Assembly (NCBI GenBank): GCA_963674745.2
Contig: CAXXDV010000001.1
Location: 416,001-480,000, forward strand
DNA: 64,000 bases
Direction of reading: 5' to 3'
Source: Desulfosudaceae bacterium
Lineage (GTDB): Bacteria > Desulfobacterota > Desulfobacteria > Desulfobacterales > Desulfosudaceae
The notes beneath the pieces were generated by a model. The model had not been told where the DNA came from, did no database searches, and saw only the letters and a list, made by a program, of their open reading frames with translations. The translations under genes and the position numbers were made by a program. Shown here piece after piece: positions 29,394-37,562 of this stretch. Each line of letters begins with the position of its first letter. Position 1 is the stretch's first letter.

Positions 29394-31901
29394 ATGGGCA
29401 CCTGGCATAAAACAGGGTGCGTGCTTTGCGCGCAGAACTGCGGACTTGAAATTCTGGTTGAAGACAACCGCATGATCAAAGTCCGCCCGGACAAGGACAA
29501 CCCCAGAAGCCGCGGATATGCCTGTCGTAAAGGCATGAACGTGGCCCACTACCACCATCATGCCGACCGCCTGACCCACCCCCTGAAGCGGAATGGCGAC
29601 CAATTTGAAAAAATATCCTGGGACCAGGCCATCGGTGAAATTTCCGACAAGCTCAAGGGTATCATCGATCAACACGGCCCCCGTTCCTTTGCCTACATGG
29701 GCGGCGGCGGCCAGGGCTGCCATTTTGACGCCCTGTTCGGCACCCAGTTTTCCCGTTCCCTGGGTTCCAGGTATCATTACAACCCCCTGGCCCAGGAACT
29801 GACCGGGTATTTCTGGGTGAACGGCCGGGTGCTCGGCCGCCAGAACCGGTTTCCCGTTCCCCATGAAGACGATGCGGACATGCTCATCGCCTGGGGCTGG
29901 AACGGCATGCAGAGCCACCAGATGCCCCGGGCGCCGATTGTGTTAAAAGAATTTGCCTCAAACCCGGATAAGCTTCTGATTTGCATTGACCCCAGGCGGT
30001 CCGAAACCGCTCAGGTCGCCGACATGCACATCCCGATCAGGCCGGGCGCCGACGCCCTTCTGCTCCGGGCCATCATTGCCCTCATTCTTGAAAAAGGGTG
30101 GCCGGACAACACTTATATTCAGCAACATGTCACCGGATGGGAAACCATCAAACCCTGGTTCGAAAAATTTGACATCCATAAAGCAATTGATGTCTGCGAA
30201 CTGGAATATGTTCAAGTCGAGAAGCTGTGCCGGCTTCTGGTAACCCAAAAATGGTGCATGCACGCGGACCTGGGGGTGCTGATGAACCGGCACAGCACAC
30301 TCACTTCCTACCTGCAGGCCATACTCCTGGCCGTCTGCGGCAGGTATTGCGTGCCCGGCGGCAATATCATTCCGGGCACCATGATGCCGCTGGGATTTAA
30401 CTCGGACGAACGGGACCCGAAAACCTGGCGCACCCGGGCGACTGATTTTCCGCCCATCACCGGTCTGTACCCGCCCAATGTCCTGCCCGAAGAGATATTG
30501 TCCGACCACCCGGAACGAACCCGGGCCGTGATCACCAGCAGCAGCAACCCCCTGCGCTCCTATGCCGACACAACCGCCTATGAAGCGGCGTTCGCAAAAC
30601 TGGACCTGCTGGTCACCATCGAAATGTCCATGACGGAAACCGCCCGCATGGCCCACTATGTGCTGCCGGCCCGATCTGGCTATGAATCCTACGACGGCAC
30701 ATTTTTCGCCTGGAACTATCCGGAAGTATTTTTCCAGATGCGGCGCCCGGTTGTGGAAACCGAAGGCGAGCGGCTGGAGTGCGGCGAAATATTTACCCGC
30801 CTGGCTGACGGGATGGGGCTGATCCCGCCGATCCCGGATGCGCTTTACGAATCAGCCCAAAAAGGGCCCCTGGCTTTCGGCATGGATGTGGCGGTCTATG
30901 CCCAGAAAAACCCTCTGGCCCTGCGGTGTCTGCCGTTTATCATGGCGAAAACCATGGGTAAACAAACGGGGTCGGCCCATCTGGCCATGCTCCAGGGATT
31001 ACTGCAGCAGGTAATGGTTAACTATAAAAGCCCTCAAGGAAAAATCCTGGAGCCCCTGGACATCTTTGAACGCATCGTTGAAGGAGAAGGGCTTGTTCCC
31101 GAGTCACCCGTAACCTTTACGACCGGAATCGGTAAATCCCTGGCAAAACATTTGATTACCCTTTACGGATTTTCCCGGGTACGTCCGTCAACTTTTCTGT
31201 TTGAAGCAAACCGGCAGGGGTTTACAGTGGCATCGGCAGCGCTAAAAGCGCTTTCACCGGGCAGGCTGGCAACTGTTCTGGCCAACGCCGTAAAAAAGTT
31301 CAGCTACCTGCCTTTTATGCAGATAACGCCCACCGCCACCCTGTCCGAAACACTTTTTGAAGAAATTATGGATCATCCCGAGGGGCTGTGGATCGGAAAA
31401 AGCCATGCCGATAATTTTAGAGAAATAAAGACATCAGACAAAAAGATTCAGGTGTTTATCCCGGAACTGGCGACCTGGATGCAGGACATCACACCCGAGT
31501 CGGAAGAAAAGGCTCTGGCACCCGACCCGCAGTTTCCGCTGTTGCTGATCGCCGGCAGGCACATGAAAACCAACGCCAACACCCTGATGCGAAATCCGGA
31601 ATGGAACAAAAGGTTAAGGGCCTGCACCCTGCTGATGCACCCGGCCGATGCAAAAGGCCTTGGCCTGGAAGACGGGCAGCAGGTCCTGATTACAACTGAA
31701 GCCGGTCAGGAGACCCTGGAACTGGAAGTGTCTAAAACGGCCCGCAAAGGTCAGGTTGTCATGCCCCACGGCTTCGGGTTGGTTTATGACGGCGAAGTAT
31801 TCGGCGCCAATGTCAACCGGCTGACCAAAAACACCCACCGGGACCGACTTGCGGCAACCCCACTGCATCGTTACGTGCCCTGCCGGGTGGAGGCGCTATA
31901 A
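29394..31901 (+). CDS. Cytoplasmic molybdopterin (bis-PGD) oxidoreductase of unknown substrate
   Basis: N-terminal CVLCAQNC..C [4Fe-4S] motif, IDPRRSETA, ETARMAHYVLPA, and C-terminal MHPADA..LGL dinucleotide-binding domain. No Tat motif. Confidence 0.9.
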   Translation: MGTWHKTGCVLCAQNCGLEILVEDNRMIKVRPDKDNPRSRGYACRKGMNVAHYHHHADRLTHPLKRNGDQFEKISWDQAIGEISDKLKGIIDQHGPRSFAYMGGGGQGCHFDALFGTQFSRSLGSRYHYNPLAQELTGYFWVNGRVLGRQNRFPVPHEDDADMLIAWGWNGMQSHQMPRAPIVLKEFASNPDKLLICIDPRRSETAQVADMHIPIRPGADALLLRAIIALILEKGWPDNTYIQQHVTGWETIKPWFEKFDIHKAIDVCELEYVQVEKLCRLLVTQKWCMHADLGVLMNRHSTLTSYLQAILLAVCGRYCVPGGNIIPGTMMPLGFNSDERDPKTWRTRATDFPPITGLYPPNVLPEEILSDHPERTRAVITSSSNPLRSYADTTAYEAAFAKLDLLVTIEMSMTETARMAHYVLPARSGYESYDGTFFAWNYPEVFFQMRRPVVETEGERLECGEIFTRLADGMGLIPPIPDALYESAQKGPLAFGMDVAVYAQKNPLALRCLPFIMAKTMGKQTGSAHLAMLQGLLQQVMVNYKSPQGKILEPLDIFERIVEGEGLVPESPVTFTTGIGKSLAKHLITLYGFSRVRPSTFLFEANRQGFTVASAALKALSPGRLATVLANAVKKFSYLPFMQITPTATLSETLFEEIMDHPEGLWIGKSHADNFREIKTSDKKIQVFIPELATWMQDITPESEEKALAPDPQFPLLLIAGRHMKTNANTLMRNPEWNKRLRACTLLMHPADAKGLGLEDGQQVLITTEAGQETLELEVSKTARKGQVVMPHGFGLVYDGEVFGANVNRLTKNTHRDRLAATPLHRYVPCRVEAL

Positions 31902-31942
31902 TGATTGGCAACAGCCGATCCGGATAAGAGAGAGGATAAACA

Positions 31943-33736
31943 ATGCAATCAACCGACACACCCACCAACCTGGTGGAACTGTTTGAAAGTGCCGTCAAAC
32001 GGTTCGCGGACAATCCCTTGTTCGGCCTGATGAATGAATCCCAAACCGGCCTGGACTGGATGACCTATGGTCAGGCAGGCAAACGGGTCGACCATTTGCG
32101 GGGCGGCCTGGTGCAAAAAGGCATCGGCCCCGGGGACGTGGTCGGTTTTATCGGCAACAACCGTCCGGAATGGGCCATTACCGCTTTTGCCGCCTATGGC
32201 GCCGGGGCCAGGTTCGTGCCCATGTATGAAGCCGAACTGGAAAGCACCTGGGCCTATATCATCAAAGACAGCGGTATCAAGCTGCTGGTTGTTTCCCGGC
32301 CGGACATTTATGACAAGGTGTTTCGATTGACCCGGGACAACCCCGTTCTGGCCGATATTGCCGTCATCGAAACCCAAGGACAAGGATCTCTGGCCGAACT
32401 GGAGTCCCTCGGGGAAGATCATCCGGCGCCCGCCATCCAACCGGCCAAAGACGATATCGCCGCCCTGATTTACACTTCCGGCACCACCGGCGAGCCCAAG
32501 GGCGTGCTCTTAAGCCACGGCAATTTTACTTCCAACGCCCTGGCCGGCTATCATCTCTACCAGGATGTACTGGATGCCTCTTCGCGCAGTATTTCCATTC
32601 TGCCCTGGGCCCATTCCTACGGCCAGACGGCGGAACTTTACAACTGGATGCTGTTCGGAGGATCAATCGGCTTCATGCGGTCCGTGGCCACCCTGGGTGA
32701 TGATTTGACCCAGATCCGGCCCACCTTTATCATCGCCGTGCCGCGGGTGTTCAACAAAATATATGACGGCCTTTGGGCCAAGATGAACGAAACCGGCGGA
32801 TTGGCCAAGGCCCTGTTTGAAATGGGCGTCGAGAGCGCCCGCCAAAAGCGGGAACTGGCCGACCGGGGCCGATCCGGTTTCTGGGTCAATCTCAAGTTCC
32901 GGCTGGCCGATAAAATTGTTTTTCAGAAAATCCGGGACCGGTTCGGGGGAAGGGTCAAAGGCGCCCTGACCGCCAGCGCCCTGATGAATATCGATATCGC
33001 CCATTTTTTCTGGGATATCGGCATTCCCGTTTTTGACTGCTACGGGCTGAGCGAAACCTCGCCGGCGGTGGCCATGAACTGCTTCGCGGCTTACCGGTTC
33101 GGCAGCGTCGGTCGGCCGGTGGAGAACGTCCGGGTGGTCATCGACCAATCGGTGGTCGAGGACGGCAGCGACGATGGCGAAATTATTGTCTACGGTCCCA
33201 ATGTCATGCAGGGTTACCACAACAAACCCGAAGCCACCCGGGCGACCATGACCGACGACGGGGGGTTTCGCACCGGCGACCGGGGTCGCATTGACGAAGA
33301 CGGTTTCCTGTTCATTACCGGCCGCATCAAGGAACAATACAAACTGCAGAACGGCAAGTATGTCTTTCCCGGCGCCATCGAGGAAGATATCCGGCTGTTG
33401 CCCAATATCGCCAATGCCATGCTCTCCGGCGAGGGGAAAACCTTTAATATCTGCCTGGTGGTCCCCGATTTTGAGGTGCTGGGAAACTATGCCCGGCAGC
33501 AGGGCCTGCCCGATGAACCGCAGCAACTGGTACAGAATATGCAAATCCAGGACATGTTGTCGGCCGAAATTACCGGCTGGCTGAAAGGCAAATACGGCGG
33601 GTATGAAATTCCCAGAAAGTTCATCTTCCTGGCCGAAGATTTTACCCTGGAAAACGGTATGCTGACCCAGACCATGAAACTCAAAAGGCGTGTGGTCATG
33701 GACAAATACAGCCAGGACATCGAAGCCCTTTATTAA
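31943..33736 (+). CDS. Long-chain fatty acid--CoA ligase (paralog of 26325-28127)
   Basis: IYTSGTTGEPKG, YGLSET, FRTGD, and the same C-terminal YGGYEIP..ENGMLTQTMKLKRR. Confidence 0.92.
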   Translation: MQSTDTPTNLVELFESAVKRFADNPLFGLMNESQTGLDWMTYGQAGKRVDHLRGGLVQKGIGPGDVVGFIGNNRPEWAITAFAAYGAGARFVPMYEAELESTWAYIIKDSGIKLLVVSRPDIYDKVFRLTRDNPVLADIAVIETQGQGSLAELESLGEDHPAPAIQPAKDDIAALIYTSGTTGEPKGVLLSHGNFTSNALAGYHLYQDVLDASSRSISILPWAHSYGQTAELYNWMLFGGSIGFMRSVATLGDDLTQIRPTFIIAVPRVFNKIYDGLWAKMNETGGLAKALFEMGVESARQKRELADRGRSGFWVNLKFRLADKIVFQKIRDRFGGRVKGALTASALMNIDIAHFFWDIGIPVFDCYGLSETSPAVAMNCFAAYRFGSVGRPVENVRVVIDQSVVEDGSDDGEIIVYGPNVMQGYHNKPEATRATMTDDGGFRTGDRGRIDEDGFLFITGRIKEQYKLQNGKYVFPGAIEEDIRLLPNIANAMLSGEGKTFNICLVVPDFEVLGNYARQQGLPDEPQQLVQNMQIQDMLSAEITGWLKGKYGGYEIPRKFIFLAEDFTLENGMLTQTMKLKRRVVMDKYSQDIEALY

Positions 33737-33821
33737 AACTAAGGCATACGTCGTAGAAAATAAAATATATGGGACAATATAATAATCATTTTTGTAAGCC
33801 TTAAAGTCTTATAGGAGGTAC

Positions 33822-35213
33822 ATGTTTATGTCGTTCTCTTGCGCTGAATCCGTAAAAATCAGGCCGGTATTGCTCTTCGTTTTTCTTCTTTTCTCAATCA
33901 TCCTGCAGCCTGTGATTGCCTCGTCATCAACCGACCAGGAGCGATTACAAAGCACCCTGAGCGATAGCATGGAAGCGATCTGGACCGGGCAGGATTTCAG
34001 CCCGGAATTGGTACAGCGTCAAAAAGTGCTGAAAACCATGCTTTCTTCCGGAAGCGTAACAAAAGCCGAACTGCAAACCAGCCTGGGGAAAATCATTTTT
34101 TCTCTTTTGGATCGGGAAAAAACGACGCGATATATTTTAAGCAGCTTTCCCGAACGCCTTGAGTCCCTGTTGTCCCCTCTTCTCAAATGGGAAGATATCA
34201 AAGAAATACTCTGGCTCGAGGGGACATCCACGGTCAAAGAAGACGACCCCATTATTATCAAACTCGGTACCCTTGCCCCTTCCGGCACACCCTGGTTGAG
34301 CGTACCCGAAACCGTCTTTTTCCCTGAAATAGCGAGATTGAGCAACGACAAGGCCCGTGTAAAGATATACCCCGGCGGTGTTATGGGCGAGGACACCGAT
34401 ATCTTGAGGAAAATGGATATCGGTCAGCTTGACGCCTGCGGCTGTACGTCCCTCGGGGTCTGGGGGGCTTCACCGGACACCCTGGCAATGTTGATACCCG
34501 GCCTGTTCGACAATTACGAGGAAGTTGATTATATCAGTAAAAAGTTCCGAAAAAGGCTGGATAAAACCTTTGAGGAAAAAGGTTATATCCTGGCGGCCCT
34601 GATCGATACGGGCTTTTTCTACATGTTCTCCAAGAACAAAATAACCAGTTTGGCGGATTTGAAAAAGCAAAAGGTCCTGACATGGTTTCCCGCCATTGAG
34701 ACGCCGCTGTATAAAGAGCTGGGCATCAACGCCACCCCCGTAGCGGTGCCTGAAATCGTTTCCGCCTTGAGCACCGGCATGGCCGATACCAACCTGGCCC
34801 CGGCGGGCTGGATGCTGGGAATGCAGGCATACCAATATTCGAGCTTCTTCCTCAAGCTGCCGATATTTTATTCCCCCGGCGCGGTTATCGTCAGCACCCA
34901 GATAGAGAAAAGAATACAGAAACAGACGGGCAAATCCCAGACTTTTGCCCACAATATCAAAGAAATATTCGTATTTGAATTAACCCAGCTTGAAACGCAG
35001 TGGAAAGCCAAACTCAGGGATTACGAAAAAAAGTGCCTGCAGGCTTTTCAGACCAAATGCGGCATCAAAGCCATGACGCCCCCGCCCGAAGACCTGGCGG
35101 CCCTGAAAAACGCGGGTAAAGCGATTCGGGCACAACTGGCCGGACAGGATTTCCCGAAAGAGCTGATGGATGATATGCTCAAGGCGCTTGAGGAATACCG
35201 GGCTAAGCGTTAA
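33822..35213 (+). CDS. dctP: TRAP/TPAT substrate-binding protein DctP with extra N-terminal domain
   Basis: Signal peptide, then from about aa 144 IKLGTLAPSGTPW..KIYPGGVMGED..LRKMDIGQLD. Confidence 0.8.
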   Translation: MFMSFSCAESVKIRPVLLFVFLLFSIILQPVIASSSTDQERLQSTLSDSMEAIWTGQDFSPELVQRQKVLKTMLSSGSVTKAELQTSLGKIIFSLLDREKTTRYILSSFPERLESLLSPLLKWEDIKEILWLEGTSTVKEDDPIIIKLGTLAPSGTPWLSVPETVFFPEIARLSNDKARVKIYPGGVMGEDTDILRKMDIGQLDACGCTSLGVWGASPDTLAMLIPGLFDNYEEVDYISKKFRKRLDKTFEEKGYILAALIDTGFFYMFSKNKITSLADLKKQKVLTWFPAIETPLYKELGINATPVAVPEIVSALSTGMADTNLAPAGWMLGMQAYQYSSFFLKLPIFYSPGAVIVSTQIEKRIQKQTGKSQTFAHNIKEIFVFELTQLETQWKAKLRDYEKKCLQAFQTKCGIKAMTPPPEDLAALKNAGKAIRAQLAGQDFPKELMDDMLKALEEYRAKR

Positions 35214-35280
35214 CCGGCCGACTTTCAGGTCAATAAACCGCTTTATCTTTTGGGTTCTTCTCCAATTTAGTGGGTACACA

Positions 35281-35340
35281 GGTTCAAGGGGTCGAGGGTC
35301 CAAGTGATTGTTTCGGTCTTGCCCCCTCGAGCCCTTGGTC
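35281..35340. repeat. Octamer-repeat inverted-repeat element
   Basis: GGTTCAAG GGGTCGAG GGTCCAAG ... CCCCTCGAGCCCTTGG. Confidence 0.7.
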
Positions 35341-35438
35341 TTTTAAAAAACCATCGACTTCACTGAACATTATACAATTTGTCTGCTACCACTAATCGGG
35401 AGATGAACCATCTTTTTTTAAAACGCGGGTTATACGGA

Positions 35439-35906
35439 TCAAATATCCAGCGCAGCCAGAAATCCGCCATGGATGGCGTGATTCATTTTTCCCGGTTTAT
35501 CACCGTCACCGATGATGGCATAAGGAATGCCCAGTTTTTCGATTTTTTCGGAAACCCCCTTCACCGACCGGGACCCGGCCGCGTTGACAATATTGTCAAA
35601 CTGACGTTGATGTTCCTGCCCCTCTTTTTTGAACGTGAGCAGGCCGTTTTTAATGGAAACGACCTCCGCCTCGGTGATGATGCTTACCCCGTATTTCTGA
35701 AGTTCACTCATCAATACCCACTTGGTTGATTTACCCACGTCTTTTCCCGCTTTGGGCAACATCTCAAATACCGTCACACGGGAGGTGCCCTTAACAGGCA
35801 ATCTTCTTCAAGGAGGTCCCAGGCGGACATCACGTCGGGATCGTCAATACCCTCGATTGTTGGCATCAACGGTTCCGCGCCTCACGTCACAATCAGAGAA
35901 TCCGGA
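35439..35906 (-). pseudogene. Duplicated, internally deleted 3' fragment of the FadH-like gene
   Basis: 35439-35794 matches 40389-40744 (offset 4950; four mismatches by eye). 35795-35906 matches from 40896 with more divergence. The 40745-40895 segment is absent. Confidence 0.92.
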
Positions 35907-36055
35907 TATTTTTCTATGATATCACCAGCTGAATTTATTTAAACAGTTGAAACCACCCCACCAATAAGTTGACGAAGCGGTACCGGGTGTCGTACCATAA
36001 AAAATTATTTTTTACGGCATTTTACTTATATTTCTGATACGTTGATAATCCTGTC

Positions 36056-37552
36056 ATGGCTGATATTTTGTTGATATACCCCCGGGTCGGGGATATGGAT
36101 ATTATTCGGGATAAACCCCACATTCCTCTGGCTCTGATCCACGCGGCCACACTGGTAAGCCGGCATTACAGTGTCAAAATCATCGATTTACGGCTAACCA
36201 AATCCTGGCGCAAAGAACTGCGCCGTGAACTGGAAACTTCTCCCCTGCTTGTCGGCCTGTCAGTGATGAGCGGCCCCCCGATCGCCAGTGCCCTGATGGT
36301 GTCGCGTTTTATCAAAACGACCTGCGACATTCCGATCGCCTGGGGCGGTAACCACCCCACCTTGAGCCCTGAGACCACCCTGAGCAATCCGGCTGTGGAT
36401 ATGGTCGTCATCGGAGACGGAGAGGAGACCCTGTTGGAAACAGCCGACAGACTGACTGCAGAAAAACCGCTTGACGGGATAAAAGGGCTGTGGGTTAAAC
36501 AGGGCGGCCGGACTGTTCGGAACGAACCCCGCCCGCCCGCGGATTTAAACGCCATGCCTTTTCCACCGTATCACCTGGTGAACGCGGAGCACTATGTACA
36601 GCAATACAGAGAACGTCGTACCATCAACCTGGAAACATCTCGCGGTTGCCGGCATCGTTGCCGGTACTGTTATCATACCGGGGTCACCGGTCATCACCAC
36701 TTTCGGGCGCTCAAGGCCGACAAAGCGCTTGAATGGATTTTCCGGGTACGCGACCAGTTAAATGTGGACGGTGTTTACCTGGTAGACGATAATTTCTTCC
36801 TGGAAAAAGACCGGGGAATGACGATTGCTCGGGATATCGCGCAGGATTCCCTTGGGCCCTGCTGGCAGGTCCAGGGCGTTGATGTACCCAGCATGCTTTC
36901 TTTCAGCGATACGGAATTGAGCGTTCTGGAAGACAGCCGGTTGCTGCGTGTTTCTGTCGGAGCCGATTCCGGTAGCCCGGCGACCTTAAATTATATTCGC
37001 AAACCGCATACGGTGGACATGCTGATCAAGGCTAACCGGCGCTGGAGCCGGTACGCCATAAATGTAGCATACAGTTGGATAGCCGGATTTCCGAACGAAA
37101 CACTGGACGATGTCAGGCAGACCATTGCCATGATGTTTCAAATTATGAAAGAAAATCCTCATGCCAGGCTTTCCCCTTTATATAATCTGTTCCCCTTTCC
37201 GGGAACAACATTATGGGATGAAATGACAGATGATGATGGCAATGTTCTTTCCCCCTCCCTTGAGGAATGGAGCCATTATGATTTTAAACGGGTTAATGTC
37301 AGGTATCTGGACCCTTACATGAAAAAGTTGTTGAATAATCTTTATCTGCCCAGCCTGTGCCTGGACAAAAAGTTCGAGGATTATCAGGTTCCCGGTTGGC
37401 TCCGGCTGGCCATTCGTTTTTACAGGCCGGTGGCCTGGATGAGAATGAAAACCTTGTTTCACTATTTTCCGTTGGAAAAAGCCGTTGCATCATTACTATC
37501 TAATCTATTGTCGCCATCGGATAAACGGCCGAAGCTGCCATGGACCATGTGA
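36056..37552 (+). CDS. B12-binding domain radical SAM protein
   Basis: WGGNHPT and VVIGDGE in the B12 domain; TSRGCRHRCRYC, DDNF, and PFPGT. Confidence 0.9.
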   Translation: MADILLIYPRVGDMDIIRDKPHIPLALIHAATLVSRHYSVKIIDLRLTKSWRKELRRELETSPLLVGLSVMSGPPIASALMVSRFIKTTCDIPIAWGGNHPTLSPETTLSNPAVDMVVIGDGEETLLETADRLTAEKPLDGIKGLWVKQGGRTVRNEPRPPADLNAMPFPPYHLVNAEHYVQQYRERRTINLETSRGCRHRCRYCYHTGVTGHHHFRALKADKALEWIFRVRDQLNVDGVYLVDDNFFLEKDRGMTIARDIAQDSLGPCWQVQGVDVPSMLSFSDTELSVLEDSRLLRVSVGADSGSPATLNYIRKPHTVDMLIKANRRWSRYAINVAYSWIAGFPNETLDDVRQTIAMMFQIMKENPHARLSPLYNLFPFPGTTLWDEMTDDDGNVLSPSLEEWSHYDFKRVNVRYLDPYMKKLLNNLYLPSLCLDKKFEDYQVPGWLRLAIRFYRPVAWMRMKTLFHYFPLEKAVASLLSNLLSPSDKRPKLPWTM

Positions 37553-37562
37553 GGACAAATCA

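Noticed and set aside
35439..35801. 120-aa ORF as a functional gene
   Set aside because: It is the duplicated C-terminus of the FadH-like protein, and its start is created by a deletion junction.
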